Positions 41,187 to 50,962 of a DNA stretch of 64,000 nt are shown one piece after another. The DNA comes from Escherichia phage JY01. Below the pieces are notes generated by a model. The model was not told the DNA's origin and did not search any database. It worked only from the letters and a program-made list of their open reading frames with translations. Within the stretch, counting starts at the first letter, position 1, and each line of letters opens with the position of its first letter. Both the position numbers and the translations under genes were made by a program. Location of the stretch: the sequence record OR995200.1; one strand, 5' to 3'.

Positions 41187-41656
41187 TCAGTGATAAAATT
41201 ATTTAAATTTTGAGTATATTTCTTTTCATCAAAAATCTTTTGCTGCCTACGTAACCGCCATGGCATTTCAATGAACACGCACCATATTCCTGATAGTACT
41301 GCTGCTGTAAAAATATTAACAAGTATAATTAAAAGAATCCAATCTTCCGTTCTGCCTACTGGACTTTCTCCAAAGAAGCAAAATACAAATGATGTCACAG
41401 GAAAACTAATAATATACCACAGAATAACCTTCTTATCTGTGAACCAATCAGCGTTCGTTAACTTAGCGCGACCATTATGAATACACACGAATTTATCATC
41501 TGTTATAATAGATGGCTTAGCTGCTTGATATCCCATTCTAAACTCCCTAATCAACAAATTTTTCATATCTTCAGAACAACCATTCCAGTCAACTCTATCA
41601 ACTGAAATGCCATCATCCCCATCATCTAAATCATACCAGCGAGTTTTTAAAATCAT
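41168..41656 (-). CDS. Membrane protein, C-terminal FITECRK motif
   Basis: Two hydrophobic helices; C-terminal FITECRKLK. Confidence 0.45.
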
Positions 41657-42027
41657 TTAATTTTCCTACAATCACTCACAAACTCTTCCATTGATTCTTT
41701 TTCAATATAAGACATGTAGCTATTATATTCCTTTAATTGTATTTTGTAATCTTTTTTTCTTTGCCAATTTATTTTAAAATTATCATAATGAAAATATAAC
41801 ATGGTACCAAAGAATGAAAATAATGAAATCGCTATAGTATAATGAAGTTCACTCCAAACTTCTATTATATCTATTATACCGCTGACGTTACTACGGATGT
41901 TTAAAATAAGACAGTCAATTAACAATCCAAAAAGACTACCCGCAAGAGCTGCAGCCAACGCTACAGCAAAAATTAAAAATGACTCAGGAAGAGAATATTT
42001 GACTTTATTTAGTTTTGGCTTTTGCAT
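41653..42027 (-). CDS. Membrane protein, C-terminal FVSDCRK motif
   Basis: Hydrophobic helices; C-terminal FVSDCRKIK. Confidence 0.45.
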   Translation of the reverse strand: MQKPKLNKVKYSLPESFLIFAVALAAALAGSLFGLLIDCLILNIRSNVSGIIDIIEVWSELHYTIAISLFSFFGTMLYFHYDNFKINWQRKKDYKIQLKEYNSYMSYIEKESMEEFVSDCRKIK

Positions 42028-42422
42028 CGTGATTCCTTAACAAATTTCATAATTTCATCAAATTCATGCGCAGCAAGTTTAAGCTGATGTTCCTTTTTAA
42101 TCTTTTTACACTGAGCTTTCCAATCACGTACACGTTTACGATAGTGTCTTCCTTGATACCAATATCCTATCCAATTTATAGGTACTAATAAAAGCGGAAC
42201 TACCAACGGAAGAATTAGTGTTGCTCCAAATATTGCACCAGATTCAATATCAGTCATAACGTCTATAACCATTCCAGCAATCACCAGAATCACAAATGAT
42301 ACAACTACCACAGGACCTATTAACACATCAGTAGAAATTATCTGACGCTTTAATTCATACTTCAACGGTTTACTTGGAAGGTATAGTGATGGTTTTGACA
42401 TATTCTCTACATTCCTTAACAA
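42009..42422 (-). CDS. Membrane protein, C-terminal FVKESRCK motif
   Basis: Hydrophobic helices; C-terminal FVKESRCKSQN. Confidence 0.45.
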   Translation of the reverse strand: MLRNVENMSKPSLYLPSKPLKYELKRQIISTDVLIGPVVVVSFVILVIAGMVIDVMTDIESGAIFGATLILPLVVPLLLVPINWIGYWYQGRHYRKRVRDWKAQCKKIKKEHQLKLAAHEFDEIMKFVKESRCKSQN

Positions 42423-42978
42423 ATTTTTCTAATAATAAATCGCTTTCAAAATTGGGATTTTCTACGAATTTATCAAAAAGATCATCGACAATAGTTAAGA
42501 TATTCTTTTTACTAAGAATACGTTTATTTTCATATTTTGTTTCAGAGTCAACTATAAGAGTAAAGAAATATTTCTTGCCCTGAAATTTTACAGTAGTATC
42601 AATATAGAATAAATTTGACTTTTGTAAATTACGTTTAAACCATGCATCACTTAAACTATAAACGCCAAGATAATCATAATCGTCGTTTAAATAACAGACC
42701 GTCCATTCAGGAGAAACAAAATCAGTAAATTCAACGTCAAAATCGCATGTTAATAAATGAATTGATTCAATACTGTTAATAAGTATTCCAGGACGTATTA
42801 AAGACTTTTTACCTCTAGAAAATCTTCCAGAAAGATTTTCAACAGTTTCATATGAAGAACCCCAATAATAATTACGTCCTTCTGCCATACGTTTAAGAGC
42901 ATTTAATAATTGGTCTGGAACATCAACCTGTCTTTGGAACTCTTCAAACATTGAATTGAAATCACTTTGCATTTTCAT
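42370..42978 (-). CDS. Hypothetical protein with FVKECREY motif
   Basis: 202 aa; C-terminal FVKECREYVK. Confidence 0.45.
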   Translation of the reverse strand: MKMQSDFNSMFEEFQRQVDVPDQLLNALKRMAEGRNYYWGSSYETVENLSGRFSRGKKSLIRPGILINSIESIHLLTCDFDVEFTDFVSPEWTVCYLNDDYDYLGVYSLSDAWFKRNLQKSNLFYIDTTVKFQGKKYFFTLIVDSETKYENKRILSKKNILTIVDDLFDKFVENPNFESDLLLEKFVKECREYVKTITIPSK

Positions 42979-42996
42979 TCCTACTTACTCCAAGTA

Positions 42997-43016
42997 ATAG
43001 GGGCCGAAGCCCCTTA
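42997..43016 (-). terminator. UUCG-tetraloop RNA hairpin
   Basis: RNA-sense AGGGGC-UUCG-GCCCCU after stop of 43020-43613 gene. Confidence 0.45.
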
Positions 43017-43019
43017 TCA

Positions 43020-43613
43020 TTATTTCAGAGAATTAATATATTCCTGAACATCGGCAGAGGTAGTTTCAACCCCAGAAATATTACCATTAAAGGTTTCAAC
43101 TCGAGCAAGAGTATCTTCAATATCAACCTTAGTCAGTGCTGCAATTTCAACTACATCATCAGCAGTACTAATTCCAAGGGCATTCGCGGCGCGAGTTTCA
43201 CGGATATATTCCAATTTAACTGCAAGTTCTTGGCGAGCATCATCTAACTCAACTACTTTCTTGGCGATTTCAATTCGCATTTCAGCATAACCATCAGCTT
43301 TAGTAGTCAACTGCTCAGCTGTTCGACGATATAGTAAACCAAGTTTAGCATGCATTGTTACATCTTGACCTTCCGAAAGGAGCTTGCGAATTTCACGCTC
43401 TTTTGATTCGGCCTGCTTATTCTTTTCGACAATAAGTTCACGAATACGCTTTTCTTCATTAATAGATTTAACAGAAGCAGTTTTTAGATCTTTAATTTTA
43501 TCAAGCAATTTTGCTGCTGCGGCAGTATACTGCTCTTCAACAGATAGATTTTTAGCCATAGCAGAACCAAGTTTAGTGCGAATAAACTCAACAATTTTCT
43601 TCAGTGTGTTCAT
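43020..43613 (-). CDS. Coiled-coil protein, possibly PspA/IM30-like
   Basis: All-helical heptad-rich 197 aa; [15 protein letters not shown] resembles a PspA segment as recalled. Confidence 0.4.
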
Positions 43614-43656
43614 AGTATTTCCTTAGGTTGATTAGAAATTAAAATCTGCAGAAGAA

Positions 43657-44172
43657 TTATATCATGCTACTTAAGAGATGTAAACTATTTTTAATTTTAC
43701 AAATTCGTTCAGCTTCTTCAACAGCGGCAGTGATAATGCTTTTAGCTATAGGAGTACTAATACTAGTAGCTTTTACACTTAACACGATTTCTTTATCTTT
43801 ACCAGGCCAACCCCACGATTTTTCACCATGGGTGCCTTTAATTACAGCAGACACCTCAAGTGAGCATCCATTATCGCATGTTTTTACATTAACAACCCAA
43901 GTGTCACTTTTCTCAACCGGTTTATCCCAGTAAATATTAAGAATACGTGGAACATCAAATTTAGCAGGGCAAATCTTAACCGTAAGACCTTCGCTTTCTA
44001 GCCAATTAATAAGAGGGCGTTCATACATGCGGCGATGTGGGCTTTGAACTCGACAAGCTTTGTACCCATTGCTTGCGGCTTCACTAAGCTCTTCTAATAC
44101 CTGCTTTTGCATTATTGATAAGATACCATCAAAAGATTTTTCGGAAGTTTCATTCAGTTCGGTATAAAGAGA
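43657..44172 (-). CDS. Hypothetical protein
   Basis: Start set at MSLYTELNET. Confidence 0.45.
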   Translation of the reverse strand, partial: SLYTELNETSEKSFDGILSIMQKQVLEELSEAASNGYKACRVQSPHRRMYERPLINWLESEGLTVKICPAKFDVPRILNIYWDKPVEKSDTWVVNVKTCDNGCSLEVSAVIKGTHGEKSWGWPGKDKEIVLSVKATSISTPIAKSIITAAVEEAERICKIKNSLHLLSSMI

Positions 44173-44231
44173 CATAACAGTTTTCCTCAAATTATAGGCT
44201 CATAATATCTCAATCATGAGCCTATGTAAAC

Positions 44232-44495
44232 TTATTTCATATTATTGAAATATTCTTCTGCGATTTCGTCGTTATCATGGTAAACTTTAGAAGACAGTTT
44301 AACATAACCTTCAGCAGTGAACATGTTAATCACAACCTTTACAGTATACCACTGACCATCTTCATTACCCATTACTGCATAGGTTTCAAACATCGGATGA
44401 TCAGGACCGATAACTTTAATATCATTCACCGTACGACCGAAATCTTCTGAAACACATTTCATAAAGAAGTTGAACAGTTCACCGTAATTATCCAT
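44232..44495 (-). CDS. Hypothetical protein
   Basis: Start ATG 44493-44495 with GGAG, downstream of promoter cassette. Confidence 0.45.
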   Translation of the reverse strand: MDNYGELFNFFMKCVSEDFGRTVNDIKVIGPDHPMFETYAVMGNEDGQWYTVKVVINMFTAEGYVKLSSKVYHDNDEIAEEYFNNMK

Positions 44496-44610
44496 TTCAT
44501 TCTCCAAGTTGTTTTCTGTATCAGTAGTTGATAGTTGTATAGTACCATAGAAGAACAGGGATGTAAACAGTTTTGTGAAAAATTTTTAAAAAGTTTTGGG
44601 GAATTCTAGG
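44496..44610 (-). promoter_or_regulatory. Early promoter cassette copy 6
   Basis: -35 TTTACA (44562-44567), -10 TACTAT (44539-44544); GGAATTC upstream block as in copy 1. Confidence 0.6.
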
Positions 44611-44700
44611 GCAGGGAGGGGAAATCAAAGGATAGGATAATATATTATAAAGGGTAGAAACTAAATGATGTCTAGAGAGGCCTGGAAAGGCCTAGATACC

Positions 44701-44728
44701 AAAAAGCCCCAACCTTTCGGCTAGGGCT
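44701..44728 (-). terminator. Rho-independent terminator (GAAA loop) after internal-protein-like gene
   Basis: RNA-sense AGCCCUAGCC-GAAA-GGUUGGGGCU followed by UUUUU. Confidence 0.6.
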
Positions 44729-44735
44729 AAGAATG

Positions 44736-45209
44736 TTATTTGATTTGTTTAGCAGACCAAATGCGGTCTTTAATAATTTTTTGGATATCTTCAACATACT
44801 CAAGAGAGTGAGCATGTGGGTTATCTTTGAAACTATAAGCACGAGCTAGTTTTTGGCCTTCAGTTTTGATTACTAAAAGCTCTTTAAGGATAGCTTCATA
44901 TTTGGAGATAATTCCTTTAACAATATTTTTCTCTTGTGCGACTTTAGGATCTGCTTTAGGAGCAGGTTTACCCGAAGCCTTTGCAAAAGCAGCGCCAGTA
45001 GCAACTAAACTTTTCCAGGCCATACTAACTGCATTTCCCGTAAATCCTTCCGCTTTCATGTCGCGTGCGAACTGGAATCGTGATTCATCAGAAGCATCTT
45101 TGTAAGAATATTTACCCGCTGCAATGGCTGCTTTTGCGACAGCTTGAATTTCGGTGCTAGATGCTTCATTTAACACCGCTTCATTTAAAAATTGAGTATA
45201 TGATTTCAT
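44736..45209 (-). CDS. Internal-protein-like protein with capsid targeting sequence
   Basis: N-terminus MKSYTQFLNE followed by A; Ala/Lys-rich; late promoter TATAAATA upstream. Confidence 0.5.
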   Translation of the reverse strand: MKSYTQFLNEAVLNEASSTEIQAVAKAAIAAGKYSYKDASDESRFQFARDMKAEGFTGNAVSMAWKSLVATGAAFAKASGKPAPKADPKVAQEKNIVKGIISKYEAILKELLVIKTEGQKLARAYSFKDNPHAHSLEYVEDIQKIIKDRIWSAKQIK

Positions 45210-45249
45210 CTTATTTCCTGTTTTAATTCGTGGATTTAATATACTACTA

Positions 45250-45257
45250 TATTTATA
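45250..45257 (-). promoter_or_regulatory. Late promoter (TATAAATA) upstream of internal-protein-like gene
   Basis: RC of tatttata gives TATAAATA about 40 nt upstream of ATG at 45209. Confidence 0.5.
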
Positions 45258-45259
45258 CC

Positions 45260-45285
45260 AAAAAGCCCCAACCTTTCGGTCGGGG
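45260..45285 (-). terminator. Rho-independent terminator (GAAA loop) after RNA gene cluster
   Basis: RNA-sense CCCCGACC-GAAA-GGUUGGGG followed by CUUUUU. Confidence 0.6.
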
Positions 45286-45290
45286 CTAAG

Positions 45291-45596
45291 CCTTGCGGCA
45301 ACCTTGTCGGGGTTCCACCTGCTAAGGCAAGTGTTTGTACGAAACGCCGGGATTCGAACCCGGTTATTAAGCAGTTGACGCTACTCAATATTTTTAAAAG
45401 GCCATATCTCGACCATATCCGAACGTTCCGTCAAAAACGCTACTCGGCTTACGGCAAAGATATTTCCTCGAATCGATAATTCGGTGCGCCGTTTCTGCTG
45501 TGATGTAAGAGGGCATCAATAAACGCAAAGATTATTAACGCAATTCCTTACTCAGGGAACATCAGTCCGACGACTTACCGGTAGCGACCCGGTTTC
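45291..45596 (-). ncRNA. Candidate small stable RNA region with tRNA-like T-arm
   Basis: No ORF; perfect T-arm-like hairpin CCGGG-TTCGAAT-CCCGG (RNA sense) at 45349-45365; bounded by terminator-like hairpin at 45260-45285. Confidence 0.3.
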
Positions 45597-45947
45597 TTAA
45601 TATTCTTTTAAAGCATCAATCTGTTTACGGCGTTCACGCCATAAATCAATTGCTTCATACGCGGATTCAACATTTCGAATTGGACGGCATTTATATAAAG
45701 ATTTGTGATTTTGATATTGCGTAGATAACGGAATTTTATCTAAAAGGTCTTTACGTTCAAAGTATTCGTAACCATCTAAGCCAAATGAACGATTTTTGAG
45801 AAATTGCCAATGACCAAATTCGTTTTGAATATAAATATAATCCGCATGTTGATAAAGTAAATTAATTTCACGAAATGAGATATGTTTTTCATATTCATTG
45901 AAGTAAAATGTTAAATCATGAACTACTAAATAAACATTACCTTTCAT
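45597..45947 (-). CDS. Hypothetical protein embedded in RNA gene cluster
   Basis: 116 aa ORF between candidate stable RNA region and tRNA-Arg; no nuclease motif seen. Confidence 0.45.
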   Translation of the reverse strand: MKGNVYLVVHDLTFYFNEYEKHISFREINLLYQHADYIYIQNEFGHWQFLKNRSFGLDGYEYFERKDLLDKIPLSTQYQNHKSLYKCRPIRNVESAYEAIDLWRERRKQIDALKEY

Positions 45948-45965
45948 ATTTTCCTCACTTATAAT

Positions 45966-46041
45966 TGGTCGAGGCAGTAGGGATCGAACCTACGACCTAG
46001 GACTTAGAAGGTCCTTGCTCTTCCTTCTGAGCTATGCCCCG
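45966..46041 (-). tRNA. tRNA-Arg (anticodon UCU)
   Basis: Manual cloverleaf: acceptor 7 bp, D-stem GCTC/GAGC, anticodon loop CUUCUAA, T-loop, CCA encoded. Confidence 0.8.
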
Positions 46042-46045
46042 TAAT

Positions 46046-46121
46046 TGGGGTGACCGATGGGAGTCGAACCCATGACTACGAGAATCACAATCTCGAGTTC
46101 TACCAACTGAACTACGGCCAC
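46046..46121 (-). tRNA. tRNA-His (anticodon GUG)
   Basis: Manual cloverleaf; anticodon loop UUGUGAU, discriminator C73, CCA encoded. Confidence 0.7.
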
Positions 46122-46235
46122 ATTAATACCTACTCCAACAATCAAGATGTCTTCACACGAAATTAAGAGAAGAGTGATCAGTTCAACCCCTATAATCGCG
46201 TCAAGTAGATATTAATGTGACAGTTGTCACAAATT

Positions 46236-46310
46236 TGGCGGACGTGATAGGATTCGAACCTATAACCAATCGCTTAACAGGCGATCGCTCTGCCATTGAG
46301 CTACACATCC
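46236..46310 (-). tRNA. tRNA-Asn (anticodon GUU)
   Basis: Manual cloverleaf; anticodon loop CUGUUAA, discriminator G73, CCA encoded. Confidence 0.7.
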
Positions 46311-46314
46311 AAAT

Positions 46315-46401
46315 TGGTGGGGAGTGATGGAGTCGAACCACCCGAGTCGCAATGACAATGAATTTACAGTCCACACCGCTACCTCTACGGGATAACTCCC
46401 C
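46315..46401 (-). tRNA. tRNA-Tyr (anticodon GUA), long variable arm
   Basis: 87 nt; anticodon loop CUGUAAA; acceptor GGGGAGU/ACUCCCC. Confidence 0.65.
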
Positions 46402-46414
46402 TTAATTCATAATT

Positions 46415-46489
46415 TGGTGGCCCTGGGTGGAATTGAACCACCATCTGGCGATTATGAGTCGCTTGCTTGAACCTTCCAGCTACAGGGCC
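46415..46489 (-). tRNA. tRNA with CAU anticodon (Ile-lysidine or Met)
   Basis: Manual cloverleaf; anticodon loop CUCAUAA; CCA encoded. Confidence 0.7.
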
Positions 46490-46490
46490 T

Positions 46491-46566
46491 TGGTGCTGAT
46501 TGACGGAATCGAACCGCCGACCTTCTCATTACAAGTGAGTTGCTCTACCTACTGAGCTAAATCAGC
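46491..46566 (-). tRNA. tRNA-Thr (anticodon UGU)
   Basis: Manual cloverleaf; anticodon loop CUUGUAA. Confidence 0.75.
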
Positions 46567-46571
46567 AAAAC

Positions 46572-46661
46572 TGGCGGAGGTGATAGGATTCGAACCTATG
46601 AATCGCCGGAGCGACTGCCGGTTTTCAAGACCGGTGCATTCAACCACTCTGCCACACCTCC
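46572..46661 (-). tRNA. tRNA-Ser (anticodon UGA), long variable arm
   Basis: 90 nt; anticodon stem CCGGU/ACCGG, loop CUUGAAA. Confidence 0.75.
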
Positions 46662-46663
46662 AG

Positions 46664-46737
46664 TCTCCATACAAGGATTTGAACCTTGGACCTCCTGATC
46701 CCAAATCAGGCGCTCTACCAAACTGAGCTACACGGAG
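46664..46737 (-). tRNA. tRNA-Pro (anticodon UGG), CCA not encoded
   Basis: Anticodon stem CCUGA/UCAGG, loop UUUGGGA; T-loop UUCAAAU. Confidence 0.75.
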
Positions 46738-46747
46738 TAAATTAAAT

Positions 46748-46821
<74 letters not shown>

Positions 46822-46826
46822 AAATT

Positions 46827-46913
46827 TGGTGCGAGAAGTGGGACTCGAACCCACAAGGAAATCATTCCGCAGCATTTTAAGTGCTGTGCCTTTACCAATT
46901 TGACCATTCTCGC
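46827..46913 (-). tRNA. tRNA-Leu (anticodon UAA), long variable arm
   Basis: 87 nt; anticodon stem CAGCA/UGCUG, loop CUUAAAA. Confidence 0.8.
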
Positions 46914-46914
46914 G

Positions 46915-46987
46915 CTGGGAATAAAGGACTCGAACCTTTGCATCCTGGAATCAAAATCCAGTGCCTTACCAACTTGGCTAATTCCCA
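46915..46987 (-). tRNA. tRNA-Gln (anticodon UUG), CCA not encoded
   Basis: Anticodon stem CUGGA/UCCAG, loop UUUUGAU; acceptor complement exact. Confidence 0.75.
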
Positions 46988-47073
46988 ATTATTAACAAAG
47001 GCTCTCAAGCAAGAACCCTTGATGATAGAGGGTATTAATCAGTGCGGTATGAGTTAATAATAACAAATAATTC

Positions 47074-47598
47074 TTAAAGCAAATTAAACATTTTAACGGT
47101 CGGCAAAACAATTTCTTCTTCTATATAAGAGTATTTAACACTCTCAACTACACGCAAGAAATCATAGTCATAATATTCAGAAGCATGACCAAGAATATCA
47201 ATAAGGCCTTCAAATATCTTATTACCATTCACAAAGAATAAGTCAAATACACGTTCTTCATCTTCTTCGGATTTATTACCAAGGTCAACTTCTATATCAA
47301 AGACCTTTTTAATGAATTCTGGATAAAGTTGTTCTGAGAACAGTCCTTCAACCAAGTATTCATAAATAAAAAGCGATTGCTCGCTGAACAAGCCATTACC
47401 ACAATAACGTTCAGCTTTAGTACTAGAATGTCTGCTTTTAAACTTCTTTAAAAGATATTGGAACTGTAAGATTTCATGCTCTTCTACGCCAAACAGTGTT
47501 TTAGTTTTATAGTTGTCACCATCATTTTCCCAGGTAGTGACATCAATTACGTAACCCTGCGGAATTGTAGTACCTAAACAAATATTCATTTTCACCAC
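47074..47598 (-). CDS. Hypothetical protein
   Basis: 174 aa ORF. Confidence 0.45.
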   Translation of the reverse strand: MVKMNICLGTTIPQGYVIDVTTWENDGDNYKTKTLFGVEEHEILQFQYLLKKFKSRHSSTKAERYCGNGLFSEQSLFIYEYLVEGLFSEQLYPEFIKKVFDIEVDLGNKSEEDEERVFDLFFVNGNKIFEGLIDILGHASEYYDYDFLRVVESVKYSYIEEEIVLPTVKMFNLL

Positions 47599-47882
47599 GC
47601 TGCATTAATATAAGTATATTTAATACATTCAAGACTTAAAGGATTCTTGAAAATATCATATTCAAGAGGACCTTTTTCTGTTTCAATAAAGAAATCAAAA
47701 TTTACTGTATTAAATTTACGGTCTTCCTTCACTAATTTAACCTGAGAAGATGAACGGTCAATGTAAACCTTTTCAACTTCAAAACATGTTAAAATGCCAT
47801 AATCATCAATCAAGGCTTTAGCTGCTTCTTGATCATATTTATATCCATTTTCAATGGACGATACTTTAGCATAAAGAATCAT
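47592..47882 (-). CDS. Hypothetical protein
   Basis: 96 aa ORF. Confidence 0.45.
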   Translation of the reverse strand: MILYAKVSSIENGYKYDQEAAKALIDDYGILTCFEVEKVYIDRSSSQVKLVKEDRKFNTVNFDFFIETEKGPLEYDIFKNPLSLECIKYTYINAAW

Positions 47883-47884
47883 TA

Positions 47885-48304
47885 TTACCCTTCATCAACA
47901 ATAGTATGAGTGTGGGCATTTACAATTTGCCACCAATCAAAGCGATTAGAACCATACATTGGTTTGTTCTCATTTTCTTTGATAATGTCACGGAGTTCAT
48001 CTTCGGTAGCGGCTTTCGCGATTAAATCAGCATATCCACCGCGAGGATAATAATTATCACCTGCAAAAAGTAAAAAGTTTGGTTTAATGTTATTGAACTC
48101 TTCAAGAGTAATAACTGTTCCACCAGGTTGAACAATATCTACATAACTATATCCTAATTTTTGAGCAGCATCTACTGCTTCAAGCAAGGTATCATGAGCC
48201 CATCCAATTTGGCAATCTGGCTTTTCAGATGGATTAGCCTGATAATCTGCATATACTTTATACATTTTACTCACCTTTAGAAATTTTATCCATAACGATA
48301 GCAA
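47885..48304 (-). CDS. Hypothetical protein
   Basis: 139 aa ORF; start may be an internal ATG. Confidence 0.45.
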   Translation of the reverse strand: MLSLWIKFLKVSKMYKVYADYQANPSEKPDCQIGWAHDTLLEAVDAAQKLGYSYVDIVQPGGTVITLEEFNNIKPNFLLFAGDNYYPRGGYADLIAKAATEDELRDIIKENENKPMYGSNRFDWWQIVNAHTHTIVDEG

Positions 48305-48452
48305 TTAAACCAATTAAAAATGCTACTACAAGTGAAAATACATTTTCTGCTGTAGTTAATAATCCGCATATAAATCCAACAAACATTGAAAAACTAAAAG
48401 CGGAAGCAGAAATTGCAATAGCAACATTTCGAATTAATTCACAGCGTTTCAT
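48267..48452 (-). CDS. Small two-helix membrane protein
   Basis: Start ATG 48450-48452 with GGAG; two hydrophobic segments. Confidence 0.45.
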   Translation of the reverse strand: MKRCELIRNVAIAISASAFSFSMFVGFICGLLTTAENVFSLVVAFLIGLIAIVMDKISKGE

Positions 48453-48530
48453 TTTATTCTCCTCAGTAGTTGATAGGGTAATAGTATCACTACTAAAACC
48501 CCGTGTAAACAACTTTGTGAAATTATTTTA
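48453..48530 (-). promoter_or_regulatory. Early promoter cassette copy 7 (variant with inverted repeat around -10)
   Basis: -35 TTTACA (48504-48509), -10 TACTAT (48481-48486); imperfect inverted repeat 48465-48493. Confidence 0.55.
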
Positions 48531-48780
48531 AATCTTCTAATCGTTTCTTCATCTTAGAACCATTTTTAGCGATTTCTCCTGCGTCAGAGCATAATGCTAA
48601 AAGTGCTTTAACTTTAGTTTGGTCTCCTTTAAAAGACGAAGGATCGACTGCAGCAGCAAGTTCTTTAATACGAGAGAAAAGACGCTCAGCTTCAGCTAAA
48701 GCCATTCCAAGCTTTACTTCCATACCATGAGAAGATTCAGTGATAATAGTTTCTGTAGCAAACTCTTTATAAGTTTTCAT
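48523..48780 (-). CDS. Internal-protein-like protein with capsid targeting sequence
   Basis: N-terminus MKTYKEFATETIITE followed by S; adjacent to 57B (ipI position in T4 as recalled). Confidence 0.5.
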   Translation of the reverse strand: MKTYKEFATETIITESSHGMEVKLGMALAEAERLFSRIKELAAAVDPSSFKGDQTKVKALLALCSDAGEIAKNGSKMKKRLEDLK

Positions 48781-49550
<770 letters not shown>

Positions 49551-49551
<1 letters not shown>

Positions 49552-50276
49552 TATAGTACCTTTAGTGTATTTTTAATTTTAGAAAAAAGTTCTTCAAGAG
49601 AACCATCGTTTGTAATTACTAAATCACCATCACGAATTGGCAATCCAGCTTCTGTAATATGTGTATCATTGGATTTTTGACCAGGACGAACTACATGAAT
49701 TACTGTAGCACCCATCGCCCTAGCCGCATCCATTTCATGATCTTGACGAGTATCAGGAACGATATAATAATCATAACCTGAGTTAAATTTATCAAGATAA
49801 TCTAAAGCAAATAATTTTACCCAGTACATGCGGTCGAAGTTATTAACAATCAAATCCGTACCTAGGGCTTGCATCAGACGACGGACTGACCATTGATCTT
49901 CAATATTATTTATAACGTCAATAATCTTGTTAAATGCTACGGAATTAACTGATTCTTTTCCTTCGTCATCAAAAACAAACACACCTTTAATTGGGCTTTT
50001 ACCATTAAGATAGCAAAATGCTTGTTCCATAATTGTGATTACTTCTAATTTAGTCAGATTTAAATTAGTCTCACGATCATAGTCAATTCCTTCAAACTCT
50101 TTACGAGTTAAGCAAGGATAGTCAGTGTTTGCTGCAAATACTCCCCATGCATAAGCCAATGCATCCTTAATAGGACCAGCAAGTTGGTATTTAACTGCAG
50201 AATAATTGCTCATGATAAAATCAGCAGTAGTATCTTTTCCACTACGCTTTACACCGCTTAAAAAGATTAGTTTCAT
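49551..50276 (-). CDS. 1: Deoxynucleoside monophosphate kinase
   Basis: P-loop GVKRSGKDT; 241 aa from MKLIFLSG. Confidence 0.85.
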
Positions 50277-50325
50277 GTGTTTCTCCTCAAATTTAATTAA
50301 GATTATAACACACAAAACTGAAGCA

Positions 50326-50856
50326 TTAAACTTCTGCTATAATTTTTCCATCTTTTTCTACTTGAAAATAGGTGTAAGGAATCGTTGCAGTACATACTAA
50401 AGCCGGGTCTGAATCTTCTGTGTAGCTAAATTCTACTTCAGATAGGTCAGAAACCCACGGCTTATAAAAATTTATTGACATCACGATTTCAGTTTTGCTA
50501 TTATCTAAGATGTAAAGCGTAATGTACTCAGGACCTGTTTTTTGGGCAGTATTTTCACCTGTAAGATAGTTGCTAGTTCCTAGCATCCATTCATACATTC
50601 CTATCCACGACTTAAGTTCTTCATCAACTATAAATCTCACAATGAGTGGATCATACTCAAATGTAACACCTGGACGTTGTGCTCGGCCCAGTCCAAACGG
50701 CCCAGTCACGGTATCAGTAACAGGTATTCTAATTCCTGGAATAGGAACTGACTGAGCATTTAAAGTAAAAGCAGATGTAGTATTACTATGTGGTATTGAT
50801 ACTACAAAGTTAGTTGTATTTGCTTGGTTAAAAATTTGTTGCAGAGCTTGCGACAT
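50326..50856 (-). CDS. 3: Tail sheath stabilizer/tail completion protein
   Basis: 176 aa from internal ATG; gene order 1-3-2-4. Confidence 0.7.
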   Translation of the reverse strand: MSQALQQIFNQANTTNFVVSIPHSNTTSAFTLNAQSVPIPGIRIPVTDTVTGPFGLGRAQRPGVTFEYDPLIVRFIVDEELKSWIGMYEWMLGTSNYLTGENTAQKTGPEYITLYILDNSKTEIVMSINFYKPWVSDLSEVEFSYTEDSDPALVCTATIPYTYFQVEKDGKIIAEV

Positions 50857-50962
50857 ATATTCCTCATAATGCTTTATAACTGTTGGTGGTATAATGGGTC
50901 TAAGTCCCTTCCATTCAATTCCATTTAGAACAAACAACAGAAAAGAATGGAAGATAATAGAA

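Noticed and set aside
45340-45370. T-arm-like hairpin considered as a twelfth tRNA
   Set aside because: No complementary acceptor stem or anticodon arm could be folded; kept only as part of a candidate small-RNA region.
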